In this document: in pieces, positions 16,651 to 27,968 of the stretch
How positions within the stretch are numbered: position 1 is the first letter of the stretch
Layout of the letters: each line of letters starts with the position of its first letter
Origin: an uncultured virus (IMG/VR IMGVR_UViG_3300030380_002827)
Lineage: Duplodnaviria > Heunggongvirae > Uroviricota > Caudoviricetes
DNA: 64,000 bases
Reading direction: 5' to 3' (one strand)
IMG/VR virus record: IMGVR_UViG_3300030380_002827
Made by a program: the position numbers and the translations under genes
The notes under the pieces: generated by a model
Told to the model about the DNA's origin: nothing
Database searches by the model: none
Seen by the model: the letters and a program-made list of their open reading frames with translations, nothing else

Positions 16651-17082
16651 TTATAGAAAGTCTTTTCGAGCATGATGCTCTGGTACTATTTTGCCCAGTT
16701 TAATTGTGAGAAGTCCATCTGCAAATTTTACATCCTTAACTGTAATGTCTTCTGACAATGCCCAGGCTCTCTGGAAAGATCTCTGAGCCAAACCTCTGTG
16801 TAGGTACTCAGATTCTTCTTCGGTTTTCTCTTTCTTACCCTCTACAATAATCTTTCCGTACTCTGTGTAGACTTTAACCTCATCCTTACTGAATCCAGCA
16901 AGTGCAATCTCTAGTCTAGAATCTACATTGTTAATCTGTACAAGATTATAAGGTGGGTAATTAGTAGTGGAATCAAAATCGAAGAACTGGTTGAAGTAAT
17001 CGTCCATACCAACGCTATTCTTCATGATCTTGTCAACTAGTGTTCCCAGATCCTGAGTATGATATCTTTGAATGTTTGTCAT
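16651..17082 (-). CDS. hsp20: Small heat shock protein Hsp20 (IbpA-like)
   Basis: NYPPYNL, LEIALAGF, YLHRGLAQRSF, DGLLTIKL; AAGGAG RBS. Confidence 0.95.
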   Translation of the reverse strand: MTNIQRYHTQDLGTLVDKIMKNSVGMDDYFNQFFDFDSTTNYPPYNLVQINNVDSRLEIALAGFSKDEVKVYTEYGKIIVEGKKEKTEEESEYLHRGLAQRSFQRAWALSEDITVKDVKFADGLLTIKLGKIVPEHHARKDFL

Positions 17083-17130
17083 GTTTCTCCTTTTAAAGCG
17101 AGTTTAGTTGTGTCCCTTACGGCGACATTA
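17083..17130 (-). promoter_or_regulatory. Structured 5' leader of hsp20 (ROSE-like thermometer candidate)
   Basis: GNRA hairpin followed by CUCGCUU-UAA-AAGGAG, which pairs over the SD with a bulged G. Confidence 0.55.
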
Positions 17131-17149
17131 CTAATTATACAACGAGCAT

Positions 17150-17175
17150 AAAAAAAGAGGGTCGTGTAAACCCTC
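17150..17175 (-). terminator. Rho-independent terminator after regA
   Basis: GAGGGT-loop-ACCCTC followed by T7. Confidence 0.7.
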
Positions 17176-17195
17176 AGAGATCATAGTGATAACCG

Positions 17196-17657
17196 TCAGT
17201 CTGCCTTGACGAACGTGCTTTGTGACGATTGTACTACCTTTTTCTTCTTACCTATATTGTACTTAGTCTCTAAAGTCCAGTCTCCTTTATCCTTATAAGA
17301 TAGAACTTTGATCTGATTCAGAGGAGCAACATCCACAATTTGTTCTGGTCTAAGAATAGTAATCAATCCCCAATCTGATAACAGAGTGATGATTCTATTC
17401 CTACGTTGCACATCATTCATAGAAAGATTAGCGGACTTTCCATCCAATGCAAACAGTTCTTTGAAATGTACAATATAATATCTACCTTGCTTGTGCAGAA
17501 TATGGCACGATTGATAAATCTTTTTTTCTTTGCGTGAAGCGACACCGATTCTCGTCAGAGTTTCTCTAACCTTCAAGAAATCATCTGGTTCGTTAAGTGT
17601 GACTTCGATCATCTGATCTTGTGACCAAGCAATCTCAGGTTCGGTAAACCCACTCAT
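17196..17657 (-). CDS. regA: Translational repressor RegA
   Basis: DDFLKVRETLTRIGVASRK...YQSCHILHKQGRYYIVHFKELFALDG. Confidence 0.97.
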   Translation of the reverse strand: MSGFTEPEIAWSQDQMIEVTLNEPDDFLKVRETLTRIGVASRKEKKIYQSCHILHKQGRYYIVHFKELFALDGKSANLSMNDVQRRNRIITLLSDWGLITILRPEQIVDVAPLNQIKVLSYKDKGDWTLETKYNIGKKKKVVQSSQSTFVKAD

Positions 17658-18037
17658 CCTGTACCTCCAACGTCAATGCGTTTTTTAATAAAATTCAACT
17701 GCTCTTTGGTTAAGACTTTCAATGCTTGGATTGCTTTATCATTACTATAACCATAGTATTGTTTCACAACGTCAAGATCTTTGATCTTATCTTTGCGGAG
17801 CCAAGGAGAGAATCTCTTCTTCTTCCTGAGACTATTTAGATAAAAGTGATATTGAAGATCCTTTGATATGTGGTGATTCATGTTCATTTCATTAGCAAAC
17901 ATGACACAATCAATGTGTGCGGACATACATTTGTTAACAATAAACGGTGGATACTTCTTGATCGCTTCGGGATCATCCTCCGTAAGATCCTCTTTGGTGA
18001 GGTTTATGGAGTTCAACCAGTCTTTGAGTTCTTTCAT
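17654..18037 (-). CDS. gp62: Clamp loader small subunit gp62
   Basis: YPPFIVNKCMS...ANEMN...RKKKRFSPW...YYGYS; lies between gp44 and regA. Confidence 0.93.
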   Translation of the reverse strand: MKELKDWLNSINLTKEDLTEDDPEAIKKYPPFIVNKCMSAHIDCVMFANEMNMNHHISKDLQYHFYLNSLRKKKRFSPWLRKDKIKDLDVVKQYYGYSNDKAIQALKVLTKEQLNFIKKRIDVGGTG

Positions 18038-19176
18038 CGTATAATATCAATATCGTCAGGGTTTTTGTTCCAAGTTTCCAACTTGGTTCTTAGTCTTCCG
18101 TCTTCTCTGAGCGCTTCGTAGCGACGAGAAGCTTTCTTTCTCCACCAAGAAACAATCTGATCAACAGAGAACCTATCATAGTTTTCAGCTTTAACCAAAG
18201 TATCTTGCTCTCCCAAGATAACTTCTCGAGCATTCTTGAAACCATAGGTAGACATATAGAAACGTTTCTGTTCAGTCAGATCCTTGGCAGATTTGATCGC
18301 AGTGTTGAATGATTCTAGTTTATCTCTATCCTGTAAGGACTTTTTGATAACAGAAATCATCTTTGTCTGGATCTTTAGTTTTCTACTAGAGGCATCTTCC
18401 TTCACTAAACATTTATTATTATTCCTTGCTGTAAACCATTTGTTTAAATCTTGGAAGATAGAGTCATGCAGTAGTGGAGTAAAGTCACTCACAGTTAGAC
18501 CCTTGTATCTCATGTATGGTTTAAGTCCATCATACTGTGATGAGGATTTAGTAGATCCATACAATGATGTAGTTTCAAACAAACAAATATCTGTATTGTA
18601 TTTTGCGTTAAGTTCTTCTCTTGCTTGATGTGAACAACACAACATCGCTAAGAGTTTACCACCGAGGTAGTTAAAACCAAAAGGTTGAGTAGGTACAATG
18701 ATGAAACCCATGATTGCATGGCGATTAAACCGACCCAAATCTGGTACATCACCCAACCAATCATTCCTTGGTTTGGAATTGATGGTAGGAGAACCGAACC
18801 TTATGAATCCAATAACCTTTCCTGTGTTCTCTTCTTTGACAATCCACTTGAGTGATTTGCCTGGAATAGAACTCTCAAAAGCATGAGACATTGTAATCTG
18901 CAATCTCTCATTGAAGAACTCATTGGTCAATCCACCATACTCTCCAGCACTGTAGATCTTAATCTTCATATCAGAAGGGTGCATATCAAACTTACTGAAG
19001 AGATCATCCTCAGTCGCACCACCACCACCATCAAAGAAAGCTGATAGATCAGAGGGTTGTTCTGATATTCTGTCTAGTTTTACATTACGAAGATATTCAT
19101 CGATCCTTCCTGTATTAGAAAAGTAATCAATGAATTTATCTGCTGCATATGCAGCTTCACTCTCAGTTAACATCAT
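18034..19176 (-). CDS. DUF4338 / Druantia DruA-like domain protein
   Basis: PTQPFGFNYLGGKLLAML...FETTSLYG..SSQYDG resembles DruA motifs (from memory). Confidence 0.65.
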   Translation of the reverse strand: MMLTESEAAYAADKFIDYFSNTGRIDEYLRNVKLDRISEQPSDLSAFFDGGGGATEDDLFSKFDMHPSDMKIKIYSAGEYGGLTNEFFNERLQITMSHAFESSIPGKSLKWIVKEENTGKVIGFIRFGSPTINSKPRNDWLGDVPDLGRFNRHAIMGFIIVPTQPFGFNYLGGKLLAMLCCSHQAREELNAKYNTDICLFETTSLYGSTKSSSQYDGLKPYMRYKGLTVSDFTPLLHDSIFQDLNKWFTARNNNKCLVKEDASSRKLKIQTKMISVIKKSLQDRDKLESFNTAIKSAKDLTEQKRFYMSTYGFKNAREVILGEQDTLVKAENYDRFSVDQIVSWWRKKASRRYEALREDGRLRTKLETWNKNPDDIDIIR

Positions 19177-19421
19177 TGTATAACCATTTCATCCTGATAG
19201 AATCGTGGGCCTGGCATTGGAATCAATAGTTCTGGAGGTAGGATGTCTGGTATCTCTATCATAAGAGGGGCATCAAGAACTGTTTGAAGAGTCTCTGCCA
19301 TTCTTCTAAATCCTGATCCCACATAGATCTGTCCTGCTACAACTGCTACAGTTGCAGTTCCCCAGAATATATAATAGAATCTAGACTTTACTTGTGCTCT
19401 AATTTTAGTTGTTTTGGTCAT
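19173..19421 (-). CDS. Hypothetical membrane protein
   Basis: 82 aa with one hydrophobic segment; ATGA-coupled. Confidence 0.65.
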   Translation of the reverse strand: MTKTTKIRAQVKSRFYYIFWGTATVAVVAGQIYVGSGFRRMAETLQTVLDAPLMIEIPDILPPELLIPMPGPRFYQDEMVIQ

Positions 19422-20365
19422 TTGAATTCACACTCCACCATAATTTCTGTTAGACATGCTAACAGGTTGATTTCTTGATCTGCTACGAAGGCAATTTGAT
19501 ACTGATACTTAGCAATAATGAGGACAGCAGCAGCAATGCTAGGACCTTCGAGGGAATCAAAAAGAGCATCGTAGATACGACGCAAAAGTACAGAAGGATC
19601 ATTATCCAAGTTATTGACAGCCCACTTACGAACCTCTTTAAAGTTCTTACCCTTAAGATTTTTGATAAGGTCATGTATGTTTACCTCAGAAAAATTAGCA
19701 AGAATAGATGAATCAATCTTACCACTTACAGAATGTCGTTGACACTCATTAAGAACTCTTCTCCAATCAGGAAAGTGTTTATTGATTAATTCAGCGACGA
19801 CTTTCTTGTCTGCTTCAATATGTTCTTTATCAAGGATCTCAACCAATCTTTTGAAGAACTGTGCTGCGATTGTTGCTTTATGTTTTCCTGAGATTCCAAA
19901 CTCGATGACTGAACATCTTGAATGGAGGGGTTCGATGATTCTGTTCTTGAAGTTACAGGTGAAGATGAATCGACAGTTCTTATAAAATGCCTCAATATTC
20001 GCCCGTAAGAGGAGTTGTACATCATGGGTTGTGTTGTCAGCCTCGTCAATAATGATGACTTTGTGCTGTGCGTCCATGCCTTGAAGTGATACGGTCGAAG
20101 CAAAGTTCTTTGCTTGATTCCGTACCGTGTCAAGAAATCGTCCTTCATCGGATCCATTGATGACATAATAATCAACTCCTAGTTCTGCACATAATGCTTT
20201 TGCAACTGTAGTCTTACCAATGCCAGGAGGTCCTGACAACAAAAGATTAGGGATCTCTCCCTTCTTGAGAAACTCTTTGAAAGTCTTCTTAGTAGTCTCT
20301 GGGAGTATACATTCATCAATAGTTTTTGGTCGATACTTCTCTACCCAAATGAATTCATCCCTCAT
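19418..20365 (-). CDS. gp44: Clamp loader AAA+ subunit gp44
   Basis: WVEKYRP, GPPGIGKTT, IIDEAD, PLHSRC. Confidence 0.97.
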   Translation of the reverse strand: MRDEFIWVEKYRPKTIDECILPETTKKTFKEFLKKGEIPNLLLSGPPGIGKTTVAKALCAELGVDYYVINGSDEGRFLDTVRNQAKNFASTVSLQGMDAQHKVIIIDEADNTTHDVQLLLRANIEAFYKNCRFIFTCNFKNRIIEPLHSRCSVIEFGISGKHKATIAAQFFKRLVEILDKEHIEADKKVVAELINKHFPDWRRVLNECQRHSVSGKIDSSILANFSEVNIHDLIKNLKGKNFKEVRKWAVNNLDNDPSVLLRRIYDALFDSLEGPSIAAAVLIIAKYQYQIAFVADQEINLLACLTEIMVECEFK

Positions 20366-20591
20366 TAGTTCTCCTCAAAAGCATTGCTGGTCTGACCAAC
20401 TCAAGACATTTTTCGGCCGTGTTTAGACCTTTCATTTGTGCTACATAATCTTCCCAAGTTGCAAGATCAGTCTCTCCACTTAGGTTAGCAAGTAAATTGA
20501 TCTCAGCAATCTTCCGAAGAGATTCCTCATCCATCAAACTGACGGTATATTTGACGAACTCAAGAGCGAGTTCTTCCTTTCTTTTAGTCAT
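20355..20591 (-). CDS. Hypothetical protein
   Basis: 78-aa ORF in operon. Confidence 0.65.
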   Translation of the reverse strand: MTKRKEELALEFVKYTVSLMDEESLRKIAEINLLANLSGETDLATWEDYVAQMKGLNTAEKCLELVRPAMLLRRTNEG

Positions 20592-20593
20592 AA

Positions 20594-20797
20594 TTAAATA
20601 AATCCTTTGGATTTTTTCTTTGGTTTGTCAATAACCTCAATAACTGGTGGGTCGAGAATCATATCTCTTTTGTTCCACCAGAATTCTTGGACTTCATCCC
20701 AAGATTCGACTACCTTGGAACGTCCATCCGTAAACACTATTCTATAGTGATGTCTGTCATATGGCAAGTCACTTGTTTGAGAAAAATGTTCTACCAC
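20594..20797 (-). CDS. Hypothetical protein
   Basis: 67-aa ORF ending in the KSKGF tail common in small cyanophage proteins. Confidence 0.65.
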   Translation of the reverse strand: MVEHFSQTSDLPYDRHHYRIVFTDGRSKVVESWDEVQEFWWNKRDMILDPPVIEVIDKPKKKSKGFI

Positions 20798-20925
20798 GTT
20801 TCCTCATGTGTATGAACCTTGCCTTCAATGTGATTGTGTTCGATCTCTTCGATATGAAGATGCTCTAAAGCGTTTGCGATTCTTTCAAGTGAATCTGCAA
20901 TTCTTTTGATGTCAATAGGATTCAT
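20791..20925 (-). CDS. Small His-rich protein (44 aa)
   Basis: MNPIDIKRIADSLERIANALEHLHIEEIEHNHIEGKVHTHEETW; fills the gap between neighbours. Confidence 0.6.
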   Translation of the reverse strand: MNPIDIKRIADSLERIANALEHLHIEEIEHNHIEGKVHTHEETW

Positions 20926-20932
20926 AATTTAG

Positions 20933-21466
20933 TCAAAGCCAATGCGGTTTTCTGGATGGGTCACGAAGATAATTAGATGCAACCCAAGGCTTGGATGCGA
21001 TATAACGTTTGTAAGCAGTGAGAGTGTCAATGCTTGTGTCATATTTAAACTCATCTGGTCCTGCAAATGCGTAATCTTGAACATAGTTGTAACATGTGAT
21101 TGCTTCCTTTGAGAAACGATGAAAGATTTTCTTCGCTTCAAACAAAGTCTTGCGACATCCATGTTCTTTACCGTAACGGTGAGTGTACTCTGTTGACAAT
21201 GCACACCCATGTTGAATCAACCATGCTGTGTTGACCAGACTTCTGCCTGCCCATTGTGTACATGGATGATTGCGGAAAGCACCTTTACTTGTTTTGTATG
21301 GAGTGCCATCTTTCTTGTGTAGGAGATCATCACCCCAATCAAAATACCAATGTGAGAACACAATGGAAAGCATTTGACATGTTTCCAATGGCATCTTGAC
21401 CACATGTTTGTCAGGTAATACCTGAGCAGACTTGCGTGGACAGTGATCAGTGACAAAGATGTTCAT
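20933..21466 (-). CDS. Pyrimidine-dimer DNA glycosylase/endonuclease V-like protein
   Basis: MNIF...SAQVLPDKHVVKMPLETCQMLS...NHPCTQW...EYTHRYGKEH. Confidence 0.82.
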   Translation of the reverse strand: MNIFVTDHCPRKSAQVLPDKHVVKMPLETCQMLSIVFSHWYFDWGDDLLHKKDGTPYKTSKGAFRNHPCTQWAGRSLVNTAWLIQHGCALSTEYTHRYGKEHGCRKTLFEAKKIFHRFSKEAITCYNYVQDYAFAGPDEFKYDTSIDTLTAYKRYIASKPWVASNYLRDPSRKPHWL

Positions 21467-21927
21467 TCTTCTAACCTCCAGCTCTTCCTCATTGTAACAT
21501 AAGTTTCGCTTTTGGCAACAATATCTCTTACCTTCTTGAATATTCTCGCTGACTCTGCATATTTACTTGTCATATGATCTTCTTCTTGTGGTAATATTTC
21601 TTTCGTTCCTTTCTTATACTTTCTACCTGAGTTATGATTTGCATAACGTCTTGCTCTAGTAAATCCCATCTCTAGGAATTTACGACACATATCCATGCCA
21701 ATAAAATCCTTACCATCCCTATAATCTAGGTACATGGCAAAGATTTTATTAGATGATCTTACTGCTTCATCAGGAGTTTTGAATCTCCAATGAGCACATA
21801 TATCGTTAGTATAAGGGCGTACCAGTAGTACTCCTTGTTCTCCCCTTCCAATGCGATATAGCTTCCGAGTCTTTGCATTTGAAAAATCAAGACTCTTGTA
21901 ATCGAGGTCATAATCAAATTCTTTCAT
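21463..21927 (-). CDS. DUF4385-like protein
   Basis: YRIGRGEQGVLLVRPY...HWRFKTP...GMDMCRKFLEMGFTRARRYANH. Confidence 0.8.
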   Translation of the reverse strand: MKEFDYDLDYKSLDFSNAKTRKLYRIGRGEQGVLLVRPYTNDICAHWRFKTPDEAVRSSNKIFAMYLDYRDGKDFIGMDMCRKFLEMGFTRARRYANHNSGRKYKKGTKEILPQEEDHMTSKYAESARIFKKVRDIVAKSETYVTMRKSWRLEE

Positions 21928-21945
21928 AATAAAATAGTAAGTTAA

Positions 21946-22113
21946 CTAAGCTCTTTTTCTTTTTTGCTTAATTGAAATTACGGATATAATTGCTGCGGTT
22001 GCAAAAACAACTGCTGCTGACGCAAGAAGATATGTGGGATCAAATACTACGTCGGGTTGTGGTTCCCATGTGCCTGGCAATGTGTAGACACTAGGGTGAG
22101 ATGCAAAAAACAT
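21946..22113 (-). CDS. Small membrane protein (55 aa)
   Basis: MFFASHPSVYTLPGTWEPQP...TM helix...KQKRKRA; TAATG overlap with the gp45 stop. Confidence 0.65.
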   Translation of the reverse strand: MFFASHPSVYTLPGTWEPQPDVVFDPTYLLASAAVVFATAAIISVISIKQKRKRA

Positions 22114-22788
22114 TAATCCTCCCAAGTTAGATCAGGTTCTAAAGCTATATAGTAAGTCAGATCGTATTCAGATGAGGTAAACTGTGACAAAAGTTTACGA
22201 GAGATCTTAACTTCATATGTGCCAGGCACAATCTTGATGTTTTCTACCTTGAAATGTAATCCAAAAGTCTTAGTAGTTTCTCCTACAACGATAGAGAAAT
22301 CATTAGATGTATCGTTCTTACGATCAGAAACAACCATCTTAATTTCATTACCATCACCCACAACAGAAAGATCTGTTAGATGGTAGACCGCTGCAGCCTT
22401 TAGAAGACGATCAAGTTGAGAACTCTTAAGTGTAAACTCAACATCAACTGATGGAAGAGTAATTGATTTCTCAGGAGGAGAAACAATCACACTAGGATCA
22501 GCAAAGAAATACTTAGACTTCTGTTTGCCTTCTTTAATGTTGACAAAACTTTGTCCTGTGAAGTTTAGTTCTGGATCTTGGAAAAGACCTAGAGAGTTCA
22601 AGAACTGACTAAGATCATAAACACCAAACTCTTGAGGAATATCTTCGTCAATGTTTGCCTCTGCAAGAATGTTCTTCATTACAGAAATAGTTCTCAAGGA
22701 CTTACCTTGCTTGAACAGGATAGACTGATTGATAGAAGCAAAGTTCTTCAACAGATTGATAGTTCTATCGGAAAGTTTCATAGGGATC

Positions 22789-22805
<17 letters not shown>
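22113..22805 (-). CDS. gp45: Sliding clamp gp45 (alternative start 22781)
   Basis: MKLSDRTINLLKNFASINQSILFKQG...FGVYDLSQFL...YYIALEPD. Confidence 0.96.
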
Positions 22806-25283
<2,478 letters not shown>

Positions 25284-25289
25284 TGTTTG

Positions 25290-25360
25290 TTCTTGTCTAT
25301 GTATACATTATAATGGAATGAGAGGTGGAATCAACCACCTCTGTGCCAGTTTGTCAACTG
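25290..25360 (-). promoter_or_regulatory. Promoter/operator element, copy 1
   Basis: CAGTTGACAAACTGGCACA, TATAAT and a leader shared with 27633-27703. Confidence 0.7.
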
Positions 25361-25362
25361 GT

Positions 25363-27627
25363 CTATGCGATGTAACTCATGAACTGACCTAGAACTTTCT
25401 TGTTCATTTTCTTTGCAGAAAGTGACTTCTTGAAAGCAGACTTGATCTGTGCTTTAGTTGCATCTTCTTTCACTTCAAAACTAGAATCAGAGTTAAGTGC
25501 GGATGAGGACAATCCGAAGTAAGCATGGTATCCACCACCATCAGTAATCATGAGAGATTTTGTTTTTCTCCACTGGTTCATGATGGATTGGTGTCTTTCA
25601 TAATCGAAATCAACGTAACGACGAACGAAACTGTTGCAGTCACGAGTATCAATAACTCTGATACCAAGGAAATTGACTTCTGGAAAACGACCCTTGAGTT
25701 GATTGAGTAGTGCAGCAGTCAAATCGTAGTATGCGTCTGCACAATGATAGGTCTTACCGTTTATGTCACGAATGAATACGTTACCATGTGCGGAACGTGT
25801 TCCCAAGTATGGTTCTTCACCTGATCTACCTTTGAACTCTTTATGAAACTTGAGAGGATGTGCTTCACCATCAGTAAGAGTGATGCACTGAATCTTCTGA
25901 ACACCTGTTTTCTTTTTGAACTCAGGAATCAGTTGATTCAAGGAGACAAGTGCTTCGTTCAAAGGAGTTCCAGATAGACCCAAACGATTTGGGCACTGGT
26001 AGATAAAATTGCAGTTCCAACGACCACGATTGTCAAGAGAGTTTGTGAGTCTCCAGATGTTCATCATCTGTTTCTCTAGATCTCCTTTCTTACAATCACT
26101 TGTTAGAAACTCAACCATTGCGAATTGTGCTTCGACATAAAGTTGACCATCTTTCTTTTCGTGATGATCTGGTGGATACTGCCAATTTTCGTAGTTACCA
26201 AACCTATCATAATTTCTCTCTCCACGATTCCACTCATTAGTGAAAGCAAATACTTGGAAAGGAATTTGAACTTTCTTACAGAACCAAATCAAATTGAACA
26301 ACTGTTTGATTGTATCCAAGAGAACATTACTCATAGATCCAGACCAATCAAGGACAAAGATGAGTCCATGATTTTTACCATCAGGTAGAGTAGTGATCTT
26401 TTTGAATAGATCTTCGTTGTACTTGTATGAGTGAAGCTTTGTGCAATCAAGAACACCTGTCTTTGATACTGTAGCACGAGAGTATGCGTCAGCAGACTTG
26501 CGGCACTCAAACTCTTTTACAAGATAGTTGACTTCTTTCTGTGCAGAACGACGGAAGAGTCTGTACTCATTGTCAACACTTCCATAAAGATCCATAGGAA
26601 GACGATAGTTGTCTGCTTGTTGAATCTCCTGATCATAATGTTGTTGTTGCTTGATCCATTCCTCATTGAGGTATTGATGAACCTCTGCATTTTTGGCAGT
26701 AATAGTTCCAAGATTTAGTGTTGGAATGGTGCAGTATTCTGTATCGTAAATACTTGAAGTTTGTTTCTCATTATTCAAGTTTACCAAGTTATCTGAGAGA
26801 GTCTTGTCAGTGATAGTATCAAAATCACAATGCTCTCCTCCGATAGGATTGTAATCTGGTTCGTTCTCATACTCAGTAGTATCTTCTCCCAAGTCAGGAC
26901 GGCCATCTTCAACATCACCATCAGATCCATCGAAAGGAATGGGATCACCTTCTCCTTCTCCTTCTTGATCACTCTTTTCTGAATCAATAAGATCTTCTAG
27001 AGTTAGATCTCCACCGCCTTGACCCATATCAAGACTGTCCAATGAAACATTTACTTTGACTGGTTCATCAAATGTAGACTTCATGTACTCATAAAGTTCT
27101 TGAGCAAGTTTCAGAACCTCATCAAAAGTATTAGTCTCAAGTGCAGCTTCACGGAAATATACTTCATCTTCATCCATAGGAACGTCAACAAACTTTCCAA
27201 TCTTGTGATGGATATTGAGACGGTCAGGAAGATTCATATCTTCTACGTCATTCTGATCCAACTCAAAGAAATCTTGATCCGCTAGTTCTTTGTATCCCAT
27301 GTAAAATGTCTTGACGATACCAGCGTACTTACGCTTCATCAACTTCTCAATACGAACATCCTCAAGGATGTTGACGAATGACATAGGAAGATCAGGATAC
27401 TTGATCTTGAAATTCTCGTTAGGTGTGTAGAGTGCGTGTCCAACCTCATGACCCACCAGAAGGTCGTATACGGTCGCAGAGGCCTTCTCCCACATTGGAA
27501 GGGTCAATACTCTACGATCTACATCAAAGGATGCTGTAGGGACTTTCTTGTTCTCGATGATCAAATCTTCGGTCGCAAGTAGTTTAGCGAGTTGACCTTT
27601 GACTTCGTAATTAACCTTTGTAAGCAT
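25363..27627 (-). CDS. CobT-like VWA protein with N-terminal HExxH domain
   Basis: GHEVGHALYT, NILEDVRIE, MIDAS motif LDWSGSM, GTPLNE, LTDGE. Confidence 0.85.
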   Translation of the reverse strand: MLTKVNYEVKGQLAKLLATEDLIIENKKVPTASFDVDRRVLTLPMWEKASATVYDLLVGHEVGHALYTPNENFKIKYPDLPMSFVNILEDVRIEKLMKRKYAGIVKTFYMGYKELADQDFFELDQNDVEDMNLPDRLNIHHKIGKFVDVPMDEDEVYFREAALETNTFDEVLKLAQELYEYMKSTFDEPVKVNVSLDSLDMGQGGGDLTLEDLIDSEKSDQEGEGEGDPIPFDGSDGDVEDGRPDLGEDTTEYENEPDYNPIGGEHCDFDTITDKTLSDNLVNLNNEKQTSSIYDTEYCTIPTLNLGTITAKNAEVHQYLNEEWIKQQQHYDQEIQQADNYRLPMDLYGSVDNEYRLFRRSAQKEVNYLVKEFECRKSADAYSRATVSKTGVLDCTKLHSYKYNEDLFKKITTLPDGKNHGLIFVLDWSGSMSNVLLDTIKQLFNLIWFCKKVQIPFQVFAFTNEWNRGERNYDRFGNYENWQYPPDHHEKKDGQLYVEAQFAMVEFLTSDCKKGDLEKQMMNIWRLTNSLDNRGRWNCNFIYQCPNRLGLSGTPLNEALVSLNQLIPEFKKKTGVQKIQCITLTDGEAHPLKFHKEFKGRSGEEPYLGTRSAHGNVFIRDINGKTYHCADAYYDLTAALLNQLKGRFPEVNFLGIRVIDTRDCNSFVRRYVDFDYERHQSIMNQWRKTKSLMITDGGGYHAYFGLSSSALNSDSSFEVKEDATKAQIKSAFKKSLSAKKMNKKVLGQFMSYIA

Positions 27628-27632
27628 TTGTT

Positions 27633-27703
27633 TTCTTGTCTATGTACACATGATAATCGACCCTGTGCCAATTTCAACCAACCATGTGCCAGTTTGTCAA
27701 CTG
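27633..27703 (-). promoter_or_regulatory. Promoter/operator element, copy 2
   Basis: Identical 19-mer at 27685-27703, partial copy at 27664-27678, TATCAT -10 and shared leader. Confidence 0.7.
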
Positions 27704-27704
27704 T

Positions 27705-27947
27705 CTACCCTGACCATCTCAACGCAGTATCTAAAGCTTTCTTTGCAGTATTTTGTAATTTTATAACTTTACTCTCATATGTAATCGTAAATCCCAGCAG
27801 ATCTCCTTCGGGATCATTTGGCATACCTACAGGTTGCACAAAAAATATTCCAGCATGTGCCACCGTTCTCCATTCCATGTCAATAAAACCTAAGTCCCTC
27901 AAGGCACATTCTAGTTTCAGTGAATGGCATCCATCTAATAGTATCAT
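27705..27947 (-). CDS. Hypothetical protein
   Basis: 80-aa ORF downstream of gp46. Confidence 0.7.
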   Translation of the reverse strand: MILLDGCHSLKLECALRDLGFIDMEWRTVAHAGIFFVQPVGMPNDPEGDLLGFTITYESKVIKLQNTAKKALDTALRWSG

Positions 27948-27968
27948 ACGGTTACAAGACCTATGCTA

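Noticed and set aside
25342..27703. Repeated 19-mer as a CRISPR repeat or attachment site
   Set aside because: Only two full copies 2.3 kb apart, each upstream of a gene; no spacer array, cas gene or integrase
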